From assembly GCA_963796455.1 (NCBI GenBank), contig CAWCLO010000001.1, forward strand, positions 256,001-320,000: a stretch of 64,000 nucleotides of DNA, in the 5' to 3' direction. Of this stretch, positions 1 through 8,882 are shown one piece after another; position 1 is the stretch's first letter; each line of letters opens with the position of its first letter. A program made the position numbers and the translations under genes. This DNA comes from Candidatus Sulfomarinibacteraceae bacterium (GTDB taxonomy: Bacteria > Acidobacteriota > Thermoanaerobaculia > Thermoanaerobaculales > Sulfomarinibacteraceae). The notes beneath the pieces were generated by a model. The model saw nothing but the letters and a program-made list of their open reading frames with translations, had not been told where the DNA came from and ran no database searches.

Positions 1-1
1 G

Positions 2-166
2 GTGGCGGCGGCGGACAAAGACGGCAAGACCGTGCTCGATTTCAACTACGCCTACAACCCGCCCTGTGCCTTCACGCCCTACGCGACCTGCCCGCTGCCG
101 CCACCGCAGAATGTGCTGTTTGTACCGATCGAGGCGGGTGAAATGTATACCGGAGAGGCGCACTAA
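2..166 (+). CDS. DUF1684 family protein, C-terminal fragment (runs off window start)
   Basis: Manual translation ...[27 protein letters not shown]...IEAGE matches the DUF1684 C-terminal signature; stop TAA at 164-166. Confidence 0.85.
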   Translation: MAAADKDGKTVLDFNYAYNPPCAFTPYATCPLPPPQNVLFVPIEAGEMYTGEAH

Positions 167-315
167 TCGACTGGATGCTGGATGCTGGGTCACTCGAGTC
201 CAAGACAGAGTCTCAGACGGCGATCAGGGACGGCGACAGCGATCAGCCTCAGCGACAGGGATCCGCGATCAGTGTTCAGCGTCAGCGAACAGTCATCAGC
301 GACAGCAAACGGCAC

Positions 316-669
316 TCACTTTCTCGGGTTCAATAGCCGCCACGTCATGGCACGGACCTGATCGAAGGCGTTCATCGCTTCAATGGCTCCGTTCAGGCTG
401 ATCGCTCCGGCGTGGGCGAGGAGCTGCAAGTGGCTGTCGACCTCTTTGGCCGAGGCGTAGGCGATTCGCCAGTGGTTCAACCGGTCTCTACCGAAGCGGC
501 CGTGACCTTCTGCCAGGTTCGCAGGGACTGAACTCGCCGATCGGACTACCTGATCGGCTATCGACTTCAGCGGAGCTGGAACTCTCATCACAAGCTTGAT
601 CGCGATGCCTGCTGCTTCGAGGGCTTTTGAGTGGGCAACGAGGTTGGTGTTCGTCGCGGCGTTGGACAT
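316..669 (-). CDS. Four-helix-bundle protein (23S rRNA IVS protein / TIGR02436-like family)
   Basis: 117 aa with family motifs DQxxRSASSVPANLAEGHGR and IAYASAKE; GGAGGTGA RBS before ATG at 669. Confidence 0.9.
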   Translation of the reverse strand: MSNAATNTNLVAHSKALEAAGIAIKLVMRVPAPLKSIADQVVRSASSVPANLAEGHGRFGRDRLNHWRIAYASAKEVDSHLQLLAHAGAISLNGAIEAMNAFDQVRAMTWRLLNPRK

Positions 670-807
670 GGTCACCTCCGGGTCGTTCATTCCCCTACCC
701 ACAAGCCGGTGTGGCGGCCGATGTCAAGGATGCCCTGCACCCTGCCTGTCCTTGACATCGGCCGCCCACCGGCTACCCCTTCCTTGGAACGACCCGGAGG
801 TGGCCAT
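668..807 (-). promoter_or_regulatory. Long leader hairpin sequestering the RBS/start codon of the four-helix-bundle gene
   Basis: 668-688 pairs with 787-807 (20/21); 704-711 with 767-774; 713-730 with 749-766 (18 bp perfect). Confidence 0.75.
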
Positions 808-1153
808 TTCGCCGACTAGACTCCTGATCGCTGCCGCCGATCGCTGACCGCTGTTCCCTGTCGCTGCCCCCTGATCGCTGTTCCCTGTCGCTGCCGCTGG
901 TCCCTGACGCTGTCCCTGTTCGCTGTTGCCTGTCGCTGGCGCTGGACACTGTCGCTGCCGCTGCAATTCGGGAACGTGATCGGGTACGTGCCAACCGCGA
1001 TCCGGATATGCCAATAAGCAACCGTGAGTCCTGGTCGAGCCATGGGGCAATTCCACCTGGCGAATTTTCTTGACGGCAGTTTTCCAGCATCTGAAATCCG
1101 GCATCCAGCGTCTAGAGTCCCGCTGAGTCAGCGGGAAATCGTTGAGGTTCTCG

Positions 1154-2248
1154 CTAAACGATCCGCTCTCTGATCTTCGCCGAAATGATGTCCATCAACC
1201 AGACGGTGCCGGCGATCAGCAGCACCAGGGTGCCGACCTCGCCCCATTCACCGAGATCCACCCTTGGTTTGAGGATGTAGCCGATGCCGCCGCCACCGAC
1301 AAAGCCGATGATTGTCGACATCCGGACATTGATGTCCCAACGATAGATGGTGAAGGAGAGAAACGGCGGGATAACCTGCGGCACGACCCCATATCGGAGC
1401 ACCTGGAGCGTGCCAGCCCCGGTGGCGGTGATGGCATCCATCGGCCCTGTGTCGATGGATTCGATCTGCTCAGAGTAGAGCTTGGTCAATGCCGCGACCG
1501 AGTGGACCCAGAGGGCGAGGACACCGGCAAAGGGCCCGATCCCGACCCACGAGATAAAGATCAGTGCCCAAACGAGGGGCTCCACCGCCCGGACAAAATT
1601 CATCAGCGTCCGTGCGACGGTGTAGGCCAGCTTGGCGCCGGTCGATCCGCGGGTCAGATTGCGGGCCGACGGGAAGGCGAGCACGAATGCCACCGGTATG
1701 GCGAAGGCGGTCGCCATGAATGCCAGGAAGATGGTCTGGACGAGCAATACCAGACCCTCGTGCAGGATGCTCGCTGACGGGTTCATGAGACCGCGGACGA
1801 TATCGGCCGCCTTGTCGAATTTGGTCAGGAAGGAGTAGAGGTCGAGCTCGGTGATCAGCCACCCGGCAAAGAAGGTGAACTGGATGAAGACGGCGACAAA
1901 CCAACCACGAAGGGTGTAGATCCAGTCGAGGCTCTTTTCTTCTTCGGGCACACCGAAGACCAGAGCGTGGCCCGGTGAGGCCCCAAGGGGACGGCTGAAA
2001 ACACTCCACAGAATCGCGAGCCCGATTCCTACGGCGCCCGCCCAGGCGTAGTGGAGCAGATCGAGGATTTCTTCCGCCGTGTAGAGCAACCCGGTGGGCC
2101 CCCGCCGACCGGAAAATGCCACCACCAGAAGCTCCACCATCACAAAGAGCGTGGCGATCAAAATGGCATCGATGCCGATCGCCTGCAAGTGGGCCAGACC
2201 GCTGCGCCAACCCGTAGGTTGCGTTGAGTGGTTTCCGGAGTCAGCCAT
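1154..2248 (-). CDS. phnE: Phosphonate/phosphite ABC transporter permease PhnE with N-terminal membrane extension
   Basis: RAVEPLVWALIF..GPFAGVLAL..KLYSEQIE..YRWDINVRMSTIIGFVGGGGIG. Confidence 0.9.
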   Translation of the reverse strand: MADSGNHSTQPTGWRSGLAHLQAIGIDAILIATLFVMVELLVVAFSGRRGPTGLLYTAEEILDLLHYAWAGAVGIGLAILWSVFSRPLGASPGHALVFGVPEEEKSLDWIYTLRGWFVAVFIQFTFFAGWLITELDLYSFLTKFDKAADIVRGLMNPSASILHEGLVLLVQTIFLAFMATAFAIPVAFVLAFPSARNLTRGSTGAKLAYTVARTLMNFVRAVEPLVWALIFISWVGIGPFAGVLALWVHSVAALTKLYSEQIESIDTGPMDAITATGAGTLQVLRYGVVPQVIPPFLSFTIYRWDINVRMSTIIGFVGGGGIGYILKPRVDLGEWGEVGTLVLLIAGTVWLMDIISAKIRERIV

Positions 2249-3022
2249 TTAAAAGCCCGTGTTCGAGGCCGGCTCGGCGTCCTCGCCATAGATTTCTTTG
2301 AAGGTGTCACGGTTGAAGTCGCCCGGTAACCCCTCCCAGACCAGGTGGCCGTCGCGGAGGGCCACCAGACGGGTCGCGTAGCGCTCCACAAGATCGATAT
2401 CGTGCAGCGAGCAGATGACAGTGAGGCCTTCTTCGCGGTTGAGCGCTTCGATGTGCCGCATCACCGAGTGCCGAAGAGCAGGATCCAGTGACGCCACCGG
2501 TTCGTCGGCCAGGATCAGCTTGGGTTCCTGCATCAGAGCTCGCGCCACCGCGACCCGCTGCTGTTGGCCACCGGATAGGGCGTCGGCGCGGCTCGATCCA
2601 CGATCACCGAGACCGACCCGTTCGAGATTCGCGTTCGCCCGATCGCGTTCCGCCTGAGGGAAAGACATCATCAGGCTCGGCAGCAGACTGCTCCGCCCGA
2701 GCGATCCGGAGAGTACATTGGCGAGCACGGTGTGGCGTCGCACCAGATTGAATTGCTGGAAGATCATCGCCACCCGGCACCGCAGACGCCGCAACGGGCC
2801 ACCTTTGAGGGCGGTGATCTCTTCGCCAAAAATCCAGACCCGGCCTTCGGTCGGGTCGATCAGACGATTGATGCATCGCAGCAGGGTCGATTTGCCGGAA
2901 CCCGAGAGACCGAGGATGGCGAGAAATTCGCCCTCACCTACCTCGAGATCGATGCCCTCGAGAGCGCGGACCCCACCGGGGTAGACCATCCCGAGACCTT
3001 CGATCCGGATTGCCGGAGTCAC
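2249..3022 (-). CDS. phnC: Phosphonate ABC transporter ATP-binding protein
   Basis: GLSGSGKST, IFQQFNLV, LSGGQQQRVAVARAL, LADEPVASLDP. Confidence 0.92.
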   Translation of the reverse strand: MTPAIRIEGLGMVYPGGVRALEGIDLEVGEGEFLAILGLSGSGKSTLLRCINRLIDPTEGRVWIFGEEITALKGGPLRRLRCRVAMIFQQFNLVRRHTVLANVLSGSLGRSSLLPSLMMSFPQAERDRANANLERVGLGDRGSSRADALSGGQQQRVAVARALMQEPKLILADEPVASLDPALRHSVMRHIEALNREEGLTVICSLHDIDLVERYATRLVALRDGHLVWEGLPGDFNRDTFKEIYGEDAEPASNTGF

Positions 3023-3042
3023 CGCAGGTTCAGGGAGCGCGT

Positions 3043-4419
3043 TCAGGACCCACCCCCACTTTTTTGCCGTTGTCGCTCGAGCTTGGCCTCGGCTGCATCG
3101 AGCAGGGCCGAGGCGCTGACCCCCGCTTCAGTCAGGGCAGTTCTGAAATCGTCGAAGTCGGCGTCAGAAGTCGGTGCGGCCGCGACTCCCGCCACCAGAT
3201 CGTAGTATGCGCCCTGGCCGTCGGGTGTCTCGAGAAAGCGCTGGAGCGATGCCTCGAATTGTCCCCAAGTGGTGGGCGAAAACCCCTTGCGTACGCAGCA
3301 CACATCATTTGGAATCGGGTCGGTGAGGGCCACGATCCGCACGTTTTCGAGCAGTTCGGCCCGCTCTTCCTTGGTCTGCATGTTCTTGAGGATCAGGAAT
3401 CGGGCGTCGCCGACCAGGGTGCCGTCGCGCAGATTTGCCGGCGAAGGAGGTGAGTAGAAGGCGGCGCCGCCCGCCACCTTGCCGTCACGAACCGCCTGCA
3501 CCACGTTGGGGTGGCCACCTGCAAAAAGCACGTGACCGAGGGTGATTCCGGATCGTTGCATCAGGGCGCGCGGAAAGATGTGGCCGGAGGTGGAAGTCTC
3601 GTCTGAGAAGGCGAAATTCGACCCGGTGAAATCATCGAGCCGTCTGAAGCCCGAGTCGGTCCGGGTCATGATGCAGCCGTAGTAGACGTTGGACAGTTCC
3701 TGTTCGGGTTGTTCGCTGGTGTGGAGAACACGTGTTTCTCTTAAGGTGCCGGGGCGCTCGTATTCGAGCTCTTTGCGGCCGTCACCGACCAGATCATTGG
3801 GCGCGGAGTAAACGTGGCGGCTCGCGGCCGCATCCACATCCCTTTCCTCCACCAGACGAAACACGGCCTCCTTGTCGCTTTCGACCGGGACCTCGATCCA
3901 ACCCGGTGCCTTCTCGTCCAGAAGTGCAACCAGCGAGGTGCGGAGCCTGCCCTCGATCACCTTTGGAACGGCGATGCGTCGATCCGAAAGCCCTTCGAGG
4001 CGTTGCGGCTCGCCGGCGCCCGATCGCGTGGTCACGATTGCGTAGCGATCCAGCGATCGCACCACCTGAAGTCGGGCCTCGGCGCCGTAACGGGCGTTGG
4101 CAAGGACATAAGCAAAGGCCGGGATCCACGCCACATCGGCCTGACCGGCTCCGAGAGCCTGGATCACCGCTGCATAACTGGTAGGGACCTGAGACCGCAG
4201 GGTCAGACCGCTGTCCTCACGAATGAAGCGTGCGAGCTCGTCTCCCCGTCGCACGAGCGTCCCCTGCTCCACCGACGGCACGAAGAGCATCTGGATCGCC
4301 TGCTGGCCACGCATTTCGAGCTGCGACCTGTGGTACAGGCCCCAGATGAACCCAACCAGGGCCAGGCTGATCAGCAGCCAACCCAGTCGCGGAACCCACG
4401 GATTCGGTCGTCTCGCCAT
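3043..4419 (-). CDS. phnD: Phosphate/phosphite/phosphonate ABC substrate-binding protein, enlarged
   Basis: PTSYAAVIQAL, STSGHIFP, GGH, PIPND motifs; N-terminal hydrophobic anchor; upstream of phnC/phnE. Confidence 0.85.
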   Translation of the reverse strand: MARRPNPWVPRLGWLLISLALVGFIWGLYHRSQLEMRGQQAIQMLFVPSVEQGTLVRRGDELARFIREDSGLTLRSQVPTSYAAVIQALGAGQADVAWIPAFAYVLANARYGAEARLQVVRSLDRYAIVTTRSGAGEPQRLEGLSDRRIAVPKVIEGRLRTSLVALLDEKAPGWIEVPVESDKEAVFRLVEERDVDAAASRHVYSAPNDLVGDGRKELEYERPGTLRETRVLHTSEQPEQELSNVYYGCIMTRTDSGFRRLDDFTGSNFAFSDETSTSGHIFPRALMQRSGITLGHVLFAGGHPNVVQAVRDGKVAGGAAFYSPPSPANLRDGTLVGDARFLILKNMQTKEERAELLENVRIVALTDPIPNDVCCVRKGFSPTTWGQFEASLQRFLETPDGQGAYYDLVAGVAAAPTSDADFDDFRTALTEAGVSASALLDAAEAKLERQRQKSGGGS

Positions 4420-4488
4420 AACGATGTGCCAGTCGGCGGGAAGCCTAGCACACCGCCCGGGGCTCGTTCACCTGTTGTCCAAGCCGAC

Positions 4489-5673
4489 TCAAGCGTGCGG
4501 CGTCGGCTCCGGTTTGAGCGATTCCATGACCTCTTCCATGGCACGCAGCCGCATCTCCTGCAACCAGCTCGACTTGACCACCCGCTGTTGCCAGATCTCG
4601 TGCATCACCGGGTAGCGCGGAACATCACCTCGTTCGTCAAATGCCACCGCACCGGTGACCCCGGTGAAATCCCGCAGACCAATGGTCATGTACTGGCGAA
4701 GCACCCGCGGGTGGTGCGCCTGTGCCTTCGACAGGGTCCGGATCGCAACGCGCATTGCGTCGTACCCATGCGCGGCATAGATATCCGGCGAAGTCCCGTA
4801 CTCGAGCTGATAACGTTCGGCAAAACTCGCCACCTGCCCTTCCTTGGCGGCGACATCAAATGCAACCAGAGGAAAAACAACCCCTTCGGCCGCCGCGCCG
4901 CCGCGCTCGATCACGTGGCTGAGGTACAGGCTGGAGGTGGCCGCACGAACTCCCTCGTACGCGACCGAGTGGAGCATTTCCAGCACCTGCAGGGTGTTGT
5001 CGCCGTGCCCCACAACGTAGACCGCCTGCGGTTCGTGGGCGTGGAGCATGTCGGACAACTGGGTTTTCCAGTATTCGACTCCGGTGTGAATCGTGGCGAG
5101 AATCTCTCCTCCCAGATTGAGTTCAAAATGCTGCCGAAACTCGGTTTCGATGCCTCGAGTAAACACCGAATCATCAGTCACGACCACAACTCGGCGCACC
5201 GCGCGCTGGCTGAAGAGGTGCCGCGCCGCCGTGCTTCCTTCGACCTCGTCGGTGGCAAAGAGGCGAAAGAAATAGCGGCTGCGGCTCGCCAGTAGATTCG
5301 CCGGGGCTGAGGGTGAAACACACAGGACGTGGTTTTTCTCGACTACGGGAATCAGCGCCTCCGCCTCGTCGGTCGTGACCCCACCAACCACGATTGCGAT
5401 GTCGTGCTCGTTGACGAGGCGCTGCAGTTCGTCAGCAGCCACCTTGGCCCTCGACGCCGTATCGGCCTCGAAGACCTGACACCCTGCCGGCAAGACGGCA
5501 AGCTCTTCGGCTTCAGCCAGGGCCATCCGGATGCCGTTGCCGACCGATTTTCCGTAGTCGCTTGCAGCACCCGTGGTCGGCAGCAGAACGCCCATCGAAC
5601 GCTCGCCGCCGCATCCGGCGGCGACCAGCAGAACAAGGACAGCGATGCGATGAATCGACCTCGAATCGAACAT
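4489..5673 (-). CDS. Branched-chain amino acid-type (LivJ/K-like) periplasmic binding lipoprotein
   Basis: Lipobox AAGC; GVLLPTTG..YG, YAAHGYDA, FTGVTGAVAFDERGD; GGAGGTG RBS before ATG 5673. Confidence 0.8.
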   Translation of the reverse strand: MFDSRSIHRIAVLVLLVAAGCGGERSMGVLLPTTGAASDYGKSVGNGIRMALAEAEELAVLPAGCQVFEADTASRAKVAADELQRLVNEHDIAIVVGGVTTDEAEALIPVVEKNHVLCVSPSAPANLLASRSRYFFRLFATDEVEGSTAARHLFSQRAVRRVVVVTDDSVFTRGIETEFRQHFELNLGGEILATIHTGVEYWKTQLSDMLHAHEPQAVYVVGHGDNTLQVLEMLHSVAYEGVRAATSSLYLSHVIERGGAAAEGVVFPLVAFDVAAKEGQVASFAERYQLEYGTSPDIYAAHGYDAMRVAIRTLSKAQAHHPRVLRQYMTIGLRDFTGVTGAVAFDERGDVPRYPVMHEIWQQRVVKSSWLQEMRLRAMEEVMESLKPEPTPHA

Positions 5674-6042
5674 GGTCACCTCCAATTGGTTGTTCGGTAC
5701 ACAGAGCTTCTCCATCCATGTTACGAAGGGGAAGACGCCGCCATCAGGGAAAATGAGCGAAAATGACGCTCCTGTGACGGTTACTGGCCTCCAGTCACGT
5801 TGAAGCCATGGAATTCGAGCTTTGCGGGTCTGCTAACCTGCCTTCGAGCCGCCGGGGCGGCCGCGACGACCGCACCCGGACTCACCATCTTCTGTTCCGG
5901 GAGGACGAACACGTCTCACCGCTCCACCTTGTTCCTTGTCATCCTCAGCCTTGCCACGTCGACCGCGATGGCGGTGGAGGTGCTGATCGAGAGCCTCGCC
6001 ACCGATCCGAGAACCGGAGCCTGGTGATCTCGTAGTAACGAT

Positions 6043-7131
6043 ATGCGCCACGGACACACCCCTCGGATCGCCGGCACGTGTTGGCCGGCGATCCTTTTTT
6101 GCGGCCTCCTTCTCGCCGCCGCCATCGGCGCAGCGCAGGAGACCCCGACACCCTTCGGCACCGTGGTCGAGGTGACCAGGATCCTGACCGAAGTCCGCGT
6201 CGTCGATTCGGACGGAATGCCGGTCCTCGGTCTGGGACCTGAGAACTTCCGGGTCAAGGTCGACGGGCAAAAGGTGGAGGTCGAATCGGTATCGTGGATC
6301 CCATCCACCGCCGCCGAGGCGGCTCGTTCGGCCGAAGGATCGCCTCGTCCCGAAAACGATTCGGCGGATCGGCAAAAATCCGAGGGCCGGTTGATCGTTT
6401 TCGTGTTCCAGAAAGACATCGCCCTGCGCTATTCACGAACGGTAGGTCTCGCCCAGATTGCACCCCACGCGCAAGAGTTCATCAGGAGTTTCGGCCCGGA
6501 TGATCGCGTCGCGGTCCTGGTTTTCGGCAGCCATCTCGAACTTCGGGCGGACTTTACCGCCGACCACGAGGCGGTGGCCGAAATGGTCACCACAACCGAG
6601 GTTCTGGCCGGTCGAATCGTGCCCCCGGATCCCGACGGGCCATCGCTTGCGGCCCACCTCGACTCTCTCGATATGAAGAGGGCTGCCACCATGAGCCGGG
6701 CCCTCGAGCTGATAGGCCAGGCGTTGCAACCCATCGAGGGAACCAAATCGATGATCTTCATCGGATTCGGGCTCGGCCAGATGAGCGCCGGTCCTCGAGT
6801 CACCGTCGGGGATCAATACCGGCTGGCGATGGAGGCCCTGACCGCGGCCCGCACCTCGGTGTTTTCGATCGATATCACCGATGCCGATGCGCACTCACTC
6901 GAGCTCGGGATGCGCATCGTCAGCGAGGACACCGGCGGTTTCTATATGAAGACAAACATCTTCCCCGAGGTCGCGATGACCATGCTGGCGAAGGTCATCT
7001 CGAGCTATTACGAACTCTCGATCATCCCGCCTCCCGATCTCGATGAGAGCTACAAGATCAAGGTCAAGGTGGATCGTCCCAAGACGGATGTTTATGTCCG
7101 TCAGTGGCATCCGTCGTCGTACAGTTTTTAA
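6043..7131 (+). CDS. Acidobacterial-type VWA domain secreted protein
   Basis: Signal peptide; VRVVDSDGMPVLGLGPENF, DRVAVLVF, DFTADH, EDTGG, YYELS, IKVKVDRP pattern. Confidence 0.75.
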   Translation: MRHGHTPRIAGTCWPAILFCGLLLAAAIGAAQETPTPFGTVVEVTRILTEVRVVDSDGMPVLGLGPENFRVKVDGQKVEVESVSWIPSTAAEAARSAEGSPRPENDSADRQKSEGRLIVFVFQKDIALRYSRTVGLAQIAPHAQEFIRSFGPDDRVAVLVFGSHLELRADFTADHEAVAEMVTTTEVLAGRIVPPDPDGPSLAAHLDSLDMKRAATMSRALELIGQALQPIEGTKSMIFIGFGLGQMSAGPRVTVGDQYRLAMEALTAARTSVFSIDITDADAHSLELGMRIVSEDTGGFYMKTNIFPEVAMTMLAKVISSYYELSIIPPPDLDESYKIKVKVDRPKTDVYVRQWHPSSYSF

Positions 7132-7181
7132 GCGCCATCAGCGCATGCAAACGTCGTGGTCCTTCGTTAGTGGACCTCAAC

Positions 7182-7254
7182 GGGCTATGGGCTATGGGCT
7201 ATGGGCTATGAGGCTATGAGGCTATGAGGCTACGAGGCTATGAGGCTATGAGGC
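7182..7254 (+). repeat. Tandem array 4x GGGCTAT + 5x GAGGCTAT/C
   Basis: Read directly; related arrays at 15581-15657, 17116-17170 (inverse), 26153-26226, 28960-28991. Confidence 0.95.
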
Positions 7255-7298
7255 CAGGCCGACCGGTAATTTCGTTCCGAGCACGCGCCACTCTCTCA

Positions 7299-7413
7299 AT
7301 GTCATCCTGAGCGGAGCGCCCCGGCGCGTAGTCGAAGGATCTGCAGATTCGGATTTTTACAGGCCGTCCCATAGATACTTCGACTCCGGCTTCGCCTCCG
7401 CTCAGGATGACAT
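7299..7413. repeat. REP-like palindromic element (ATGTCATCCTGAGCG...CGCTCAGGATGACAT), copy 1
   Basis: Terminal inverted repeats plus internal GTCGAAGGATCT/AGAT(A/C)CTTCGAC pair; four copies in window. Confidence 0.9.
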
Positions 7414-7442
7414 CCGGGGACGGCAGCGACAGAGAGCAGCAA

Positions 7443-7796
7443 TCACCTCGTCGGGTTCAACAGGCGCCAGGTCATGGCACGGACCTGATCGAAGGCGTGC
7501 ATCGCTTCACTGGCTCCATTCCTGCTGATCGCCCCAGCGTGAGCGAGAAGCTGCAAGTGGCTGTCAACATCTTTCGCCGAGGCGTAGGCGATCCTCCAGT
7601 GGTTCAACCGGTCTCTACCGAATCGGCCGTGCCCTTCTGCCAGGTTCGCAGGGACTGAACTCGCCGATCGGATCACTTGATCGGCTATGGACTTCAGCGG
7701 AGCTGGAACCCTCATCACAAGCTTGATGGCGATACCTGCTGCTTCGAGGGCTTTCGAGTGTGCAGCGAGATCGGTGTTCGTGGCGGCTGAGGACAT
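7443..7796 (-). CDS. Four-helix-bundle protein, paralog of 316-669
   Basis: 117 aa, 10 substitutions relative to copy 1 by manual comparison; GGAGG RBS. Confidence 0.9.
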   Translation of the reverse strand: MSSAATNTDLAAHSKALEAAGIAIKLVMRVPAPLKSIADQVIRSASSVPANLAEGHGRFGRDRLNHWRIAYASAKDVDSHLQLLAHAGAISRNGASEAMHAFDQVRAMTWRLLNPTR

Positions 7797-7799
7797 GGT

Positions 7800-7929
7800 C
7801 GCCTCCGGGTCGTTCATGCCCATACCCACAAGCCGGTGTGGCGGCCGATGTCAAGGATGCCCTGCACCTTGCCTGTCCTTGACATCGGCCGCCCACCGGC
7901 TACCCGTACTGTTGAACGACCCGGAGGTG
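7800..7929 (-). promoter_or_regulatory. Leader hairpin sequestering RBS, copy 2
   Basis: 7800-7816 pairs with 7913-7929; core identical to copy 1 except one loop base. Confidence 0.75.
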
Positions 7930-8181
7930 GGCACGCCGTCGCTGAACCTGATTGCTGCCGCTGAACTCTGATCGCTGATCGCTGTTCGCCGTCCCTGTTC
8001 GCTGTTGCCTGTCGCTGACGCTGGACACTGTCGCTGCCGCTGCAATTCGGACGCGGGCACGGGCACGGGCACGGGCACGGGCAACCGCGAACCGGATATG
8101 CCAAAAACCAATCCGTAAGCCACTTGTTGTAAGGAGGGAAACTCCATGTGACGATCTGTTTTGGACAACAGTGCACGCAAC

Positions 8182-8212
8182 AAAAAAACCGGCGCCCGAG
8201 GGCGCCGGTTTT
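8182..8212 (-). terminator. Intrinsic terminator (possibly bidirectional) after PDZ gene
   Basis: AAAAAAACCGGCGCCC-GA-GGGCGCCGGTTTT. Confidence 0.8.
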
Positions 8213-8232
8213 GACACTGATAACGGAAAATT

Positions 8233-8703
8233 CTATTCGTTCGATGCCATCTGCAGTTCGGCGTGGTCCATCATGTGGCCGCCGATCCACTGCGCCATCA
8301 CGTTGTCCGGGATGTTGCCCAGCTCGATGTCGAGGTCGATTTTCTTGCCTGAGCGCGCGACCGTGTAGGTGAATTCGGCTCCGGGTTTCATGGCGTATTG
8401 GACGTCCTTGATCTGCTTCTGGTTCTCTTCCGAAAATTTGACGCCGTTCACCGCCACGAGAACATCGCCCTTTTTGAAGCCGGCCGTTTCGGCCGGGCTG
8501 TCTTCGACAACCTTGGTGATGACCATCTTGCCCATGCCGCCTTCGTCATCCATCTCGATACCGACCCAACCTCGGTTCTTGAGGTTCTGTGCCATATGGT
8601 CGAGACAATCCTGAGTCGAAGAGGTGCATTTTTCGCCCGCCATCGCAGGCGCCGACATGACCATCATCGTCACCACCGCAATCACGGTTATCATCTTCCT
8701 CAT
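8233..8703 (-). CDS. Secreted PDZ-domain protein
   Basis: Signal peptide; GWVGIEM..ITKVVEDSPAETAGFKKGDVLVAVNG PDZ signature. Confidence 0.85.
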   Translation of the reverse strand: MRKMITVIAVVTMMVMSAPAMAGEKCTSSTQDCLDHMAQNLKNRGWVGIEMDDEGGMGKMVITKVVEDSPAETAGFKKGDVLVAVNGVKFSEENQKQIKDVQYAMKPGAEFTYTVARSGKKIDLDIELGNIPDNVMAQWIGGHMMDHAELQMASNE

Positions 8704-8882
8704 TCATACCTCCTGTGTCCCCCGAACACACAATGACACCGGCCCCATGCCGGATGCCGAGCACATTCGAAACTGAAACTGCGATTCATTACAAGAACAA
8801 CTACGGCAAGGTCAGGTCGATGTTTCAACCACTTACACAGGCGGCGATATGCCATAATTCCTCCCTACATGGAGGTCATCGC

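Larger units (their letters stand above)
191..1014 (-). mobile_element. Putative four-helix-bundle-gene repeat element, copy 1 (complete)
   Basis: Shares gene, hairpin, repeat arms and the CCGGATATGCCAA end with 7418-8104; both ends are also found in the ORF-less copy at 36374-36738. Mobility is inferred. Confidence 0.6.
7418..8104 (-). mobile_element. Putative four-helix-bundle-gene repeat element, copy 2 (downstream arm truncated next to REP-like element)
   Basis: Homologous to 191-1014 in gene, hairpin, TCGCTG arm and CCGGATATGCCAA end. Confidence 0.6.

Noticed and set aside
722..757. Divergent sigma70 promoters from TTGACA on both strands of the hairpin
   Set aside because: No -10 hexamer at 16-18 bp on either strand; TTGACA is part of the palindrome.
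191..1014. 23S rRNA intervening sequence
   Set aside because: Flanks are protein-coding genes; no rRNA sequence is present.
3814..5295. Long antisense ORFs (also 19418-20995, 31284-32696, 34346-35863, 46682-47884)
   Set aside because: Shadow frames opposite well-supported genes in high-GC DNA; no recognisable motifs.
316..7796. Diversity-generating retroelement (four-helix proteins resemble bAvd; two similar copies could be TR/VR)
   Set aside because: No reverse transcriptase in the window; both copies are intact genes and their differences are not restricted to adenines.
8085..8104. Sigma54 promoter at the TTGGCAT element end
   Set aside because: GG-N10-GC spacing is not met.
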